NCBI GenBank assembly: GCA_016179105.1
Contig: JACOSB010000120.1
Span: 489-64,488, forward strand
Source: Candidatus Acetothermia bacterium
Lineage (GTDB): Bacteria; Bipolaricaulota; Bipolaricaulia; RBG-16-55-9; DRXL01
Length of the DNA stretch: 64,000 nucleotides
Direction: 5' to 3'
Position numbers and translations under genes: made by a program. Shown here one piece after another: positions 33,564 to 43,639 of the stretch (its first letter is position 1; each line of letters opens with the position of its first letter). The notes below the pieces were generated by a model. That model did no database searches and was not told the origin of the DNA. It saw only the letters and a list, made by a program, of their open reading frames with translations.

Positions 33564-36491
33564 TTACCAAGTGCGACGTCCACTGCTCGATGACCAACCG
33601 CCGCTCGATCCAGAACTCGAGCCCCAACTCGAACCGCCTCCGCCACTGAATCCGCCAAAGCCAATGCCACCGCCCCCCCCCCAACTGCTCCTTCGGCTGA
33701 CTCCGCTGGAAAGTAAGAGGCCTGCCACGGTCATGGCCGTGCGGGCCATCTCTGCGTTGCGCCGCTGCCGGTAGAACTCTTCTTGCATCTGCTGCGCTTG
33801 GTCGTACGCTGTATTGACGGCATGAGCCGCGGTGCGTTCCGATGCTTCGGCCAACTGTAACGCTTGTTCGTAGTTCCCGACGCGTAGAGCGCTCAAGGCC
33901 GAATTGAGTGCTTGGCGCGCGGGGAATAAATCCGCATTGACTCCGTAGCCAAAGTTTTGCCCCGTGCTGGTCTCGACTTTTCCCTGCGCGTCGCGCACCT
34001 CGTGCATCGCCTTCTCATAGAGTTCAACATCTTTCTTGGCGAGCGAGAGTGCGAGCTCATTCAGCTCAGTCGCACGAATGGCTTTCTTAGTTAGCTCCGC
34101 CCAGTTGGCTTTGCCTTGCTTCAAGCCAGCTTGAATGTCAGAGAAAAATTCATGGGCTTTTTGATAGTCCGAGTTGGCTTCGGCGCGATCTTCGGTATGC
34201 TCATCCAGAAATTTCTTCGTGGCCGCCAATTGGGATTGCAACTGTGGAGAGAGCTGGCTTAGTTTTTGAAAAGTTTCCTGTTCGTGTCGAGCCTGCTCAG
34301 CGATTAAACTCAGCATTTGTGAGAGCCCTTGCAGCTGCTGAAGAAGAGCAGGCCAATCCGGCCGCAGCTCTGATAGTTGTGGCGTCAACTGCTGCAGCTG
34401 GTTTTGTAGCTCACTGAAGCGACCGTCTGTTTCTGACGAGATACTGAAACTGTTCTCTTTGATGAACTGAGCGAGTGGACTAGAGTTTTGCGTGATTTGT
34501 GTGTGCAAAACTTGAGCTTGCTCGCGGGCGTTCTGAAGCTCTTTCAATTTATTGGGAATGGCGTTCAAAAGAGCTTCACACTGTTTCTGAGCTTGGTCGA
34601 CCTGGGTGAGCAACTCCATCGCGCCCAGATACTCTTGACATTTGGGCTCGGCTTTGCTGAGCGCGAGCGCGATGTGTTTTTCGCACTGCTCCAGAGCCTC
34701 TGTCACTTCATTGATATTGTCGCTCTCGGTCTTGAACGAGTCGGGCGCAAAATTCTTTTTGAGTTCATCGAGTGCAGGTGCAGTCTCTTTAGCCAGTTGT
34801 TGTAGCTCGGCTATATGGTCGCGTAAGTTTTCGGCCTCTCCGGGAATTTTTTCTTTGGCCTCAACCGTGTGATCCAGTTTGGTCCCGATGAAGTTTAGTA
34901 ATTGTGTCAGTTCATCGAGCACAGTCGTCGCTTTTTCTTTGTCGGCATTATCGAACGCTTGTCTTAGAGCTTTCAAGCCTTCGGCGGCGTGATCGCACAA
35001 CGGATCGGGCCCGCCCTCTTCTTGGAGTAAAAAGCCCTGGGTGCGCAGAGTTGCAATGCGTGTGCGTAATGCCTCCAGTTGCTTCGCTCGCTCGCGGCTG
35101 TTGGCTTCCACTTGCAGCATAGAAGTCAGCAGCTCGTTGAGTGCTTGCAGGTCTTGTTGAATTTGCGAGGCCTGTTCGCGCGTACTCAACGGATCGGTCT
35201 TGAGGATCTGTTCAGCTTGAGCTAAGCGACTGATGATCGAGGCGCGTTTGTTCTCATATTGTTCGAGAGTCACACTGGCTTCTTTCAAGGCATTGAGCTG
35301 TGACTCGATCTGTGCGCTCAGTTCTTTGGCCTTCGCGACGGCCGGTCCGCTCTGCAAGATCGCGTTCCAGATCTCGTCCAAGCCGGTCTGCGCTTCGGCA
35401 AAATAATTTTCCAGAGAATCCATCAATTGACTGACTTGGGCTTCGAGGGAAAAATTCATCGATGAGAAGAGTTTGACTTTGCCCGCCTTGACTTCATCGG
35501 TCGTCAGTGTGACTTTTTCGTCCGTGAGAGCGATTTCGGCTTGAGAAAATTTGCTTGAACCGATAAATGATTCTGACTTTAGCAAATTCTCGGCCTTAGC
35601 GACTTGCTGAGCCAAAAGTTGCACACCCAGCTGGAGTCGATTGACCAGCTTGCTCGTGCTCTGATAGGACTCAAACGTTCTACCTTTGTAGATCACTTCA
35701 CCGTCGATCTCAAAGAGCAATTTGTATTTTTCATAGAACTCGTTGAGATGGCTCTGAGCGAGCGCGAGACGCTCTTTGGTTTTGGTGAGCAACTCAGCCA
35801 CGCGACGACGAGCGCTGACATTGCGTTGGCGCAAAGCGAGTAATATGCCCGCTAGAAGCAGCGCGATCAGACCAAAGAGTATCCACGGGAGGACCGTCGT
35901 TTGGAAATACTGCCACTCTGCATTTCTGGCTTCAGCGGCTTTCTTTGCTTCTTCGGCGCGCTTGGCTTGCTCGGCTTTGCGCGCGTCTTCGGTCTTAAAA
36001 AATGCTTCGACGCGGGTGATGAGGTTTTTGAGACCGACCTCGTAATCTCCCGACTTGGCATACGGGAGCCAGTCAGAGTCATAGAAGCGATCGAGCAAAC
36101 TTTTCCCGGTGGCTCCATAGCGCGCTTCGAGTCCTCCGGCAAATTTCATCTCGATGACGTGATTTAATCCAAGCGCTAGAATCAAATAGTCTTGCTCGAT
36201 GAAATTCGGACGCTGTGCTTGCCATGCGGCGCTCAGCCGATCGATGTATAGCTCCGAATTGTTCTCGAGAATTTCTTTGACGATGACAACATAAGCTTTA
36301 AGTGAAGATTTCGCGTTGTGCTCGGTCAAAAAATTACTGAGATTCTGATACGCGTTGGGACTGGCATCGATAAAATAGATGAAAGAGTCGCCCAGACTAG
36401 GATAAGGCTGAGCACTGGCAACCCAGCTCAATAGCCAGAGCAGGACAAGACAAATTCCCCAGATTCTCTGAAACGATTTTAGGGCACTCAT
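33564..36491 (-). CDS. TPM-domain membrane protein with long coiled coil and Gly/Ser-rich tail
   Basis: Signal peptide; TPM-like region (YVVIV, LILAL, WLPYAKSGDYEVGL); TM segment; ~700 aa helical repeats; GGGSSWGSSSG...W tail. Confidence 0.7.
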   Translation of the reverse strand: MSALKSFQRIWGICLVLLWLLSWVASAQPYPSLGDSFIYFIDASPNAYQNLSNFLTEHNAKSSLKAYVVIVKEILENNSELYIDRLSAAWQAQRPNFIEQDYLILALGLNHVIEMKFAGGLEARYGATGKSLLDRFYDSDWLPYAKSGDYEVGLKNLITRVEAFFKTEDARKAEQAKRAEEAKKAAEARNAEWQYFQTTVLPWILFGLIALLLAGILLALRQRNVSARRRVAELLTKTKERLALAQSHLNEFYEKYKLLFEIDGEVIYKGRTFESYQSTSKLVNRLQLGVQLLAQQVAKAENLLKSESFIGSSKFSQAEIALTDEKVTLTTDEVKAGKVKLFSSMNFSLEAQVSQLMDSLENYFAEAQTGLDEIWNAILQSGPAVAKAKELSAQIESQLNALKEASVTLEQYENKRASIISRLAQAEQILKTDPLSTREQASQIQQDLQALNELLTSMLQVEANSRERAKQLEALRTRIATLRTQGFLLQEEGGPDPLCDHAAEGLKALRQAFDNADKEKATTVLDELTQLLNFIGTKLDHTVEAKEKIPGEAENLRDHIAELQQLAKETAPALDELKKNFAPDSFKTESDNINEVTEALEQCEKHIALALSKAEPKCQEYLGAMELLTQVDQAQKQCEALLNAIPNKLKELQNAREQAQVLHTQITQNSSPLAQFIKENSFSISSETDGRFSELQNQLQQLTPQLSELRPDWPALLQQLQGLSQMLSLIAEQARHEQETFQKLSQLSPQLQSQLAATKKFLDEHTEDRAEANSDYQKAHEFFSDIQAGLKQGKANWAELTKKAIRATELNELALSLAKKDVELYEKAMHEVRDAQGKVETSTGQNFGYGVNADLFPARQALNSALSALRVGNYEQALQLAEASERTAAHAVNTAYDQAQQMQEEFYRQRRNAEMARTAMTVAGLLLSSGVSRRSSWGGGGGIGFGGFSGGGGSSWGSSSGSSGGWSSSSGRRTW

Positions 36492-36600
36492 TTTCTTAAG
36501 AGTATTTTACACGAAAGAGAAGCCTTTCGGGACAAATAGCGGCTTTAGGCTCAACACACATTTTGTGAGAAACTGAAGAAGTTCTGCTATCGTAGGAGTC

Positions 36601-37161
36601 ATGCGTATTATCGCTGGTAGCCACCAAGGGCGTCCGATTCTCGAACCGACGACGCGCGAGATACGGCCAATGCGTGAGGCTGTGCGCGCCGCGCTCTTCA
36701 GTATTCTCCAAGACGTAGTGGTTGACAGTCGCTTTTTGGATCTCTTTGCCGGCACCGGAAGCGTTGGATTGGAAGCCCTGAGCCGTGGCGCGCACTCCTG
36801 CGACTTCGTCGATAGTGCTTCAGAAGCGATTGCGATTATTCAAAAAAATTTGGAAGCGTTAGAGCTAGAGTCATTAGCACAGGTACATCAACAAGATGCG
36901 CTCAGAGCCATCGAGCATTTTCACGAGAAAAGAGAGCAGTTTGATCTGATCTTTATCGGTCCACCCTATGGAAAAGGCCTCGCGATCCAAGCTTTTGAGA
37001 CGCTCGCAGAGCATCCTCTCTTGAGCGAAGGTGGCCTTGCTATCACGGAAGTTTTCAAGAAAGAAAAACTGGCGGATGCTTATGGAGACTATAAACTCTT
37101 CGAGGCGCGTCAGTACGGGGACAATCTGCTGAAATTTTATCGCACGTCCAATAGGTTTTGA
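36601..37161 (+). CDS. rsmD: 16S rRNA (guanine966-N2)-methyltransferase
   Basis: MRIIAG...RP..E.VR.ALFSIL, FLDLFAGTGSVGLEALSRGA, FIGPPY, R.YGD. Confidence 0.92.
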   Translation: MRIIAGSHQGRPILEPTTREIRPMREAVRAALFSILQDVVVDSRFLDLFAGTGSVGLEALSRGAHSCDFVDSASEAIAIIQKNLEALELESLAQVHQQDALRAIEHFHEKREQFDLIFIGPPYGKGLAIQAFETLAEHPLLSEGGLAITEVFKKEKLADAYGDYKLFEARQYGDNLLKFYRTSNRF

Positions 37162-37236
37162 ATCACTGAAAACACGGAAGAAAAACGGGTCGTTTTCCGT
37201 GCATTCTATGGGACTTCAGCGCTTTCCATGATTCTA

Positions 37237-37276
37237 TGTAACATATATTGCATAGATAAGAAATATATGTTACAAT
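37237..37276 (+). promoter_or_regulatory. chr operon promoter overlapped by a 13-bp perfect inverted repeat (putative ChrB operator)
   Basis: TGTAACATATATT-N12-AATATATGTTACA; -35 TTGCAT (37248), 17 nt, -10 TACAAT (37271). Confidence 0.8.
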
Positions 37277-37298
37277 GAGCCCATTTTAGGAGTGAACG

Positions 37299-38279
37299 AT
37301 GGATTGGGTCGTCTTTACATATTCGTTGCCGACGAAGCTGCGCTCGAGCCCGCGCGTCGCGCTCTGGCGCAGGTTAAAACGACTCGGCGCGGTCTCGCTC
37401 GCCGGCGGGATGCAAGTCTTGCCGGCGCAAGACGAGTGCGTCGAAGCGTTCCAATGGCTCGCTCAAGAGATTCGACAAGCCCAGGGAGAAGCGCTCGTGA
37501 TGCGCGTCGAAAAATTTGAAGGGTTGACGGACCAACAGGTGATCAATCTCTTTAATCGGTCACGCCAAGAGGAGTATCACGAGATCGAAGCTCAGCTTGA
37601 GAAATTGGAGAAGATGCTTGTAGTTAAGAATAAGAAAGTGAGGGAAACTTCGGAGGCGCAAGCGATGCTCGATAAGCTCAGGAAGCGTCACGCCGAGGTT
37701 GCTCGTGTGGATTACTTTGATTGCCCTGAAGGAAGCCGTGTCTCAGCACGGTTCATTGAGATTGAACAGGCTCTCTCGCCCAAGTCGACTCCATCAACCA
37801 AGATCGAGTCAGCGCTTCTCGCAGAGTATAGAGACAAGCGCTGGATGACGCGCCCGCGACCCCATGTCGATCGACTCGCGTGCGTCTGGCTCATCCGCCG
37901 GTTTATCGACCCCAACGCTGTGATTCGTTATGCCATGCAACCAGAACCGGACGAGATCGCTTTTGACATCGAAGACGGACACTTCGGGCATCAGGGCAAC
38001 CTCTGCACGTTTGAGATAATGCAGCGCACCTTCAATCTCAAGGATTCGGTTCTGATGAAAATGGCCGAGATTGTGCATGAGATCGACTTGCTTGACGGTC
38101 GTTATTCTCACTCAGAGATAGATGGAATCGATGGCGTGCTCAAGGGCTGGCTCTCGGCCGGATTTTCTGACGCTGAGCTGGAATCGCACGGCGTTGCGTT
38201 GTTCGAGGGATTGTATGCGACGCTCTCCAGTCACTCGGCTTCTGCGCGACAGAAAGAGAAAACGAAGAAGCAAAAGTGA
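37299..38279 (+). CDS. chrB: Chromate resistance regulator ChrB
   Basis: RVALWRRLKRLGA (ChrB_N); W.TRPRPHVDRLAC.WLIRRFID...CTFE (ChrB_C). Confidence 0.9.
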   Translation: MDWVVFTYSLPTKLRSSPRVALWRRLKRLGAVSLAGGMQVLPAQDECVEAFQWLAQEIRQAQGEALVMRVEKFEGLTDQQVINLFNRSRQEEYHEIEAQLEKLEKMLVVKNKKVRETSEAQAMLDKLRKRHAEVARVDYFDCPEGSRVSARFIEIEQALSPKSTPSTKIESALLAEYRDKRWMTRPRPHVDRLACVWLIRRFIDPNAVIRYAMQPEPDEIAFDIEDGHFGHQGNLCTFEIMQRTFNLKDSVLMKMAEIVHEIDLLDGRYSHSEIDGIDGVLKGWLSAGFSDAELESHGVALFEGLYATLSSHSASARQKEKTKKQK

Positions 38280-38325
38280 AGTTCAGTTTTGTAATCCATT
38301 CAAAGTTTCGATCGGGAGGTACAAG

Positions 38326-39999
38326 ATGAAGCGAATAGCTGATAAAGCAACAAAAGTGTTGTCCAAACGTTCGCTAGGGTGGATGGGAATTCTCTTTGCA
38401 GTACTAGCGCTCGCGGGGTGCAGTGGAGGGCAACCTAGCGTGAGGTATCATCCAGATGATCGAACGGCTCAACCTGGCACGAAGCTGCAATGGAATTTTG
38501 ATACAGACTCTGTTGGCGGACTCCCCAAGGACGCTGAGGTTTTTAATGGCACTTGGGCTGTCCGTGTCGAAGCTGATACACCCAGCCCGCCCAATGCTCT
38601 CTGTCAAACCGGCACGGCCGAATTCCCGGCATTAACGTTGGGAGATACTGTGTTCGCTGATCTCGTACTGTCCACTCGTTTCAAGCCTATCTCTGGACAT
38701 GAAGATCAAGCGGCTGGTCTCATCTTCCGTGTGCAGGACAAAGATAACTACTATATCCTGCGCGCGAATGCTTTGGAGAACAACGTCGTCATCTTCAAGT
38801 ATGCGGGTGGCCAGCGTAGCTCGATCAAAGAAGGATCAGCGAAGGTAGCTTCTGGCCAGTGGCAGGAGCTGAAGGTAGAAGTAGCAGGAAACCATATTGA
38901 AGGTTACCTCAACGGCCAGCTCGTGGTGGAAGCTGCCGACGGTACTTACAAGGCTGGGAAAGTAGGCCTCTGGACGAAAGCGGATTCCGTGACCTGCTTT
39001 GACAACGTTGAAGTGCGCGCTGGAACTGGATCTCAGCAGCAGACCAGCATGACTTCCCAACCGCAACCAAGTGCGACCGACTGGTCGCCTGTGGAGCAGG
39101 CAATGGGAAAGCCCGGAGCCATGCAGCCGGGTGATGTCTTTAAGTTCAGCTTACCGCGAAGCGACCTTGTAGTGAAAGTCGGAGAGGTGCAGATCAAGCC
39201 AGCGCTCGCTCTGGGTTCTTGGGTTGCTTTTAAGAAGATGAGTAAAGAAACGGTAGTGATGGGAGATTTTGTGCTGACCGGGGACGAAGTAAGCGTCGTG
39301 ATGACGAGACTCCAGCAAGGCAGCATCGAGCCAACAGCCGTGCATAATCACGTGTTGGGTGAATCGCCGCGAGTGATGTACATGCACATCCATGGTCGCG
39401 GTGATGCAGTAGCGATGGCCGAGACCATTCATGCAGCGCTCGCTCTTACCAAGACCCCTTTTGCTACCTCCGCTAGTAATACTCCGGCGCAGGAGTTAGA
39501 GATGGACACCAAACAACTGGACCAAATCATCGGATATAGCGGCAAGGTCAACAACGGCGTCTATCAATTCAGTATCCCGCGTTCGGAGAAAATCATGGAT
39601 GGCGAGATGGAAATCCCGCCTTCGATGGGCACAGCCACCGCGATCAATTTTCAACCGACGGGTGAGGGCAAAGCAGCAATTACCGGTGATTTTGTGCTAA
39701 TAGCGAATGAAGTCAATCCCGCCATGCGTGCGTTGCGAGAGAATGGTATTGAGGTGACCGCGCTGCATAGTCACATGCTGACAGAGGAGCCTCATCTTTT
39801 CTTCATGCACTTTTGGGCGAACGATGACGCGATAAAACTTGCGCATGGCCTTCGCACTGCGCTCGATAAGACCAATAGCGTCAAGCCGGCTAAAAGTGAG
39901 ATTATCCCAATTTCAACATCAAAGAAGGAGGAAGACAATGAAGTGGATTACACGAGAGAGAGTGAAAGTCGATCGAGTGGCGTGTCCGTGGCTGATTAA
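38326..39999 (+). CDS. Lipoprotein: concanavalin-like (DUF1080-type) domain fused to tandem DUF1259 (LppY/LpqO) domains
   Basis: Lipobox LAGC; AGLIFRVQDKDNYY..RANALE, GKVGLWTKADSVT.FD; two AVHNH/ALHSH...MH repeats. Start ATG 38326 after GGAGG. Confidence 0.8.
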   Translation: MKRIADKATKVLSKRSLGWMGILFAVLALAGCSGGQPSVRYHPDDRTAQPGTKLQWNFDTDSVGGLPKDAEVFNGTWAVRVEADTPSPPNALCQTGTAEFPALTLGDTVFADLVLSTRFKPISGHEDQAAGLIFRVQDKDNYYILRANALENNVVIFKYAGGQRSSIKEGSAKVASGQWQELKVEVAGNHIEGYLNGQLVVEAADGTYKAGKVGLWTKADSVTCFDNVEVRAGTGSQQQTSMTSQPQPSATDWSPVEQAMGKPGAMQPGDVFKFSLPRSDLVVKVGEVQIKPALALGSWVAFKKMSKETVVMGDFVLTGDEVSVVMTRLQQGSIEPTAVHNHVLGESPRVMYMHIHGRGDAVAMAETIHAALALTKTPFATSASNTPAQELEMDTKQLDQIIGYSGKVNNGVYQFSIPRSEKIMDGEMEIPPSMGTATAINFQPTGEGKAAITGDFVLIANEVNPAMRALRENGIEVTALHSHMLTEEPHLFFMHFWANDDAIKLAHGLRTALDKTNSVKPAKSEIIPISTSKKEEDNEVDYTRESESRSSGVSVAD

Positions 40000-40402
40000 G
40001 AAGTTTGTGGACCCTCAAGCCGAGTTTTACTTTGTTCCGGCCGACAAAGTGCTGGAAGAAGCGAAACGGTTGGGAGCGACTCCGTACGATGTGAAAGATG
40101 TCGAGCTGGGTCATCACGGCAAAGAGTGTTCGTTCGAAGCCATCTTAAAAAAGCATAAGCTGATGAACGACCCAGCACTTGTGTTGCTCGGAAAAATTGT
40201 GAACGGAGCGGACACCGACAACACGCTCTGGAACCAGCCCGAAGGGCCGGGACTTGAAGCGATTGCCGAGGGGTTCCGTCATCTCGGATTCAAGAACGAT
40301 CATGAACAGAACCAGGCTGAGTGGATTGTCTACGATGCGCTGTATGCGTATTGTCAAGAGATGGTTCGTCAGGGTAAGCCGAACGGAGATTTTAAATCGT
40401 AA
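39938..40402 (+). CDS. Stand-alone ChrB_C domain protein (ChrF-like)
   Basis: MKWITRERVKVDRVACPWLIKKFVD...CSFE...GL.AI..G...YDALY. Confidence 0.88.
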   Translation: MKWITRERVKVDRVACPWLIKKFVDPQAEFYFVPADKVLEEAKRLGATPYDVKDVELGHHGKECSFEAILKKHKLMNDPALVLLGKIVNGADTDNTLWNQPEGPGLEAIAEGFRHLGFKNDHEQNQAEWIVYDALYAYCQEMVRQGKPNGDFKS

Positions 40403-40418
40403 CCAGCTGGAATTTGGG

Positions 40419-40457
40419 GTAGGGGCGAAGCATTTTCTGAAAATGCTTCGCCCCTAC
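40419..40457. repeat. GTAG-type REP palindrome (long arm)
   Basis: GTAGGGGCGAAGCATTTTC-T-GAAAATGCTTCGCCCCTAC. Confidence 0.85.
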
Positions 40458-40467
40458 AAGGAACGAT

Positions 40468-41682
40468 ATGGCTGAGATGGTCGAACGCTTAGAACCAACT
40501 CCTCCGCGCGAGCCATACGGGAAACTTTTCTGGCGGTTCTTGCGCTTTGGGATGCTCGCCTGGGGTGGGCCCGTCGCGCAGATCGCGATGATTCGCGAGG
40601 AGCTGGTGGAAGAGGAACGCTGGGTCTCAAGCGAGAAGTTCAACCGAGCATTAGCCTTATATCAAGCCCTTCCTGGCCCCGAAGCCCACGAGCTGTGCGT
40701 CTATTTCGGGATGACCGCACGGAGACGGTTCGGTGGGTTTCTGGCCGGGGCCGGGTTTATGCTGCCCGGCTTTGTGCTGATCTTTCTTCTCTCGTGGCTG
40801 TACGTGCAGTACGGCAGCGCCTTGGCTGCTTTGGCAGGGCTCTTTTATGGGATGCAACCGGCTGTCGCAGCGCTCATCGTTCGTGCTATCCATCGCATCG
40901 GGCAACATGCGCTGACAGATTACTGGCTGTGGGCGATCGCGATCTTGACCGGGATTGCGGATTTACTCGGCACGAGCTTCTGGGTGACGCTCCCGTTTGC
41001 AGGATTGGCTTATCTCTCGGTGAAGAGAGAAAAATATGCTTTCGCCGGGGCTCTGGGCATTGCCTTCATCGCGATTACAATTGCCTTCTCGCCTTTCGTA
41101 CACCTCATCATACCCGCACCAGCGTCTGATCTCTCGCTGCGTTCGAATGCATCTCTGCTGGCTCTCTTCGGCTCCGGGTTGCGCGCGGGGCTCCTCACGT
41201 TTGGCGGAGCCTACACAGCGATTCCGTTGTTGCAGCACGATGCCGTCGACGTGAACCATTGGATGACGAATGCGCAGTTTTTGGATGGGATTGCGCTGGG
41301 AGGGATTCTGCCAGCGCCATTGATTATCTTCGGGACGTTCGTGGGCTACATCGCTGGAGGAGCCTGGGGAGCACTGGTGATGACATTTGGGATCTTTTTG
41401 CCCGCATTTGGCTTCACGCTGATCGGTCATACCTATCTGGAAAAACTCATCGAACACAAAACGCTGCAAATTTTTTTGGATGGGCTCATGGCCGGAGTCG
41501 TCGGACTGATCGCATCGGCGGCGATAACGCTCTTCCGTACGGCGGTCACCGATCTGGTTGCGTTAGGGATTTTTCTGATTGCGCTATTGATCTTGTATCG
41601 CTGGCAAGCGAAAGCGGCTGTGGCTGTAATCATGCTCGCGGCGGGAGCAGCAGGACTCATCTTCCATGTCATGAGCAAATAA
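40468..41682 (+). CDS. chrA: Chromate efflux transporter (long-chain CHR)
   Basis: G..AWGGP.AQI, QALPGP, LTFGGAY, F.DG.A.G...PAP: duplicated CHR halves. Confidence 0.93.
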   Translation: MAEMVERLEPTPPREPYGKLFWRFLRFGMLAWGGPVAQIAMIREELVEEERWVSSEKFNRALALYQALPGPEAHELCVYFGMTARRRFGGFLAGAGFMLPGFVLIFLLSWLYVQYGSALAALAGLFYGMQPAVAALIVRAIHRIGQHALTDYWLWAIAILTGIADLLGTSFWVTLPFAGLAYLSVKREKYAFAGALGIAFIAITIAFSPFVHLIIPAPASDLSLRSNASLLALFGSGLRAGLLTFGGAYTAIPLLQHDAVDVNHWMTNAQFLDGIALGGILPAPLIIFGTFVGYIAGGAWGALVMTFGIFLPAFGFTLIGHTYLEKLIEHKTLQIFLDGLMAGVVGLIASAAITLFRTAVTDLVALGIFLIALLILYRWQAKAAVAVIMLAAGAAGLIFHVMSK

Positions 41683-41695
41683 CTAAGGAGCAAGC

Positions 41696-42622
41696 ATGGC
41701 TCTCAAACTTTTTGGATATATCGAGCTGCCTTCGCATCAACGACCGGGGGGCTTCGACCACGCAGACGTTCACACAAAAATGGCGCGACTGTACGTTGCT
41801 CACACCGCCAACGATGCGCTGGATGTGATCGACTGTGTGAACGATCGCTATTTGCACTCGATCACGAATTTGGGTGGCGTCGCGGGCGCGCTGGTCTCTG
41901 CCGAGCGTGACTTGGTCTTCACGTCCAATCGCGGCGAGGACACAGTAGGAATTTTTGTTCCGGCCAACGAAGCGAGTTTGGACAAAGTGAAGGTGGGCAT
42001 TCGCCCGAACGGGCTCGCGTACGATCGGACACGGAATCTCTTGCTGGCAGCTAATGTGGGAGACCCAGCCGTGCCAAACTCGTACACGGTCTCGATGGTC
42101 GATGTTCGACGCAAAGTAATGATCGCTGATATCCCAGTACCCGGGCGCACGCGGTGGGCTATCTTCGATGGGGAAACTGATCTCTTCTTCGTGAATATCG
42201 CGGACCCACCACAAATTGTAGCAATCGATCCAGAAAAACCTAAACAGATCGCGCGCACGTTTGAGATCTCTGTAGCTGGGCCTCATGGGCTTGAGTTAGA
42301 TCAAGAGCGCCGACGTCTGTTCTGCGCGTGCGATGGGAAGAAGATAGTCTGTGTTGACGTTCTCTCCGGGCGGATTTCAGAAGAAGCAGACTTGAGCGGC
42401 GTGCCCGACGTTATCTTCTTTAATCACAAACTGAGACACTTGTACGTCGCGATCGGCGACCCCGGCGTGATTGACGTGTTTGATACGCAGACAATGAAAC
42501 GGCTCGCAACGGTGCCGACGGAGAAGGGGGCGCACACGATCGCGATGGACGAAGCGAGAAACAAAGTCTACGCGTTCTTGCCCCAGATGCATCGCGCGGC
42601 AGTGTATGTCGATCGAGACTAA
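41696..42622 (+). CDS. YncE/YVTN-type beta-propeller protein
   Basis: GGFDHADV, LYVAH, PNGLAYD, PHGLELD, GAHTIA repeats. Confidence 0.8.
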   Translation: MALKLFGYIELPSHQRPGGFDHADVHTKMARLYVAHTANDALDVIDCVNDRYLHSITNLGGVAGALVSAERDLVFTSNRGEDTVGIFVPANEASLDKVKVGIRPNGLAYDRTRNLLLAANVGDPAVPNSYTVSMVDVRRKVMIADIPVPGRTRWAIFDGETDLFFVNIADPPQIVAIDPEKPKQIARTFEISVAGPHGLELDQERRRLFCACDGKKIVCVDVLSGRISEEADLSGVPDVIFFNHKLRHLYVAIGDPGVIDVFDTQTMKRLATVPTEKGAHTIAMDEARNKVYAFLPQMHRAAVYVDRD

Positions 42623-42631
42623 AACACCATC

Positions 42632-43594
42632 ATGCAAACGCTATTACTCACTCGCTCTGAAGTAGCGCAGTTGCTCGATCCAATGGCGCTTTTGCCAGAA
42701 TTGCGAAAGGCATTCGAAAACTATTCGCGCGAGCGCACGGGTCCCGCGCAGAAAGTGCGCGCGCTGCTCCCCGCGCCGGGCAACGCGCATATTTTGGTTC
42801 CGGGTTTGGCTCCAGGCATTCCCGCATACTCCGTGAAAGTGAACGCAAAATATCCAAATGAGAGGCCGGCGATTCGCGGCATCTTGCATCTGCATGATTT
42901 GCAGACAGGAACATTGCTCGCGTTGATGGATGCTACGTACATCACAGCGGCGCGTACCGGGCTCACGGGCGTGCTAGCGACCGATCTGTTGGCTCGCAAA
43001 GACGCGCGATCAGTCGCGATCATCGGTGCGGGTGTACAGGGAGAGTTTCATCTAAGATACTTGGCGCTGCTGCGCTCTCTCCAGCGAGCGTCTGTCTATG
43101 ACATCGTGCCGGAACGCGCGGCTGCGTTCGCTGTACGAATGTCTTCAGAATTAAGATTCCCTGTAGTAGCCCACGAATCGCTTCAAGTTGCCGTCAAAGA
43201 TGCTGATATTATCATCACGGCGACCTGGGCGGAGAAATCGTTCCTTATACCTGAAATGGCGAAAAAGGGAACCCATCTCACTACGGTCGGTCCCGACGAG
43301 CCGGGGAAGTGCGAAATCGATGCCTCGCTCATCAAACAATCGCTCTTTGTCTGTGATGACCGGGAACTCGCGGTGCAGATCGGTGCGATTGGCGGAGCCG
43401 GTCTCGGCCCGGAGGCGATCCATGCCGAGCTGGGCGAAGTGCTTGCGGGAACGAAGCTAGGACGGACTCATCCAGAACAGATCACGATCTTCGGCAGCGT
43501 GGGCTTGCCGTTCCAAGACTTAGTTGCTGCTTGGCAGGTTTATCGAGCAGCTCAAGAAAAAAATATCGGGCGTCGGTTAGATTTTTTAGACTGA
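42632..43594 (+). CDS. Ornithine cyclodeaminase/mu-crystallin family protein
   Basis: IT..RTG, IIGAGVQG, GTH...G.D.PGK.E, ELGEVLAG, F.SVG...QD. Confidence 0.9.
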   Translation: MQTLLLTRSEVAQLLDPMALLPELRKAFENYSRERTGPAQKVRALLPAPGNAHILVPGLAPGIPAYSVKVNAKYPNERPAIRGILHLHDLQTGTLLALMDATYITAARTGLTGVLATDLLARKDARSVAIIGAGVQGEFHLRYLALLRSLQRASVYDIVPERAAAFAVRMSSELRFPVVAHESLQVAVKDADIIITATWAEKSFLIPEMAKKGTHLTTVGPDEPGKCEIDASLIKQSLFVCDDRELAVQIGAIGGAGLGPEAIHAELGEVLAGTKLGRTHPEQITIFGSVGLPFQDLVAAWQVYRAAQEKNIGRRLDFLD

Positions 43595-43639
43595 GTTACT
43601 CTGTAAAATAGCAGATCAGAAAATTGTAAGGGAGGAGCT

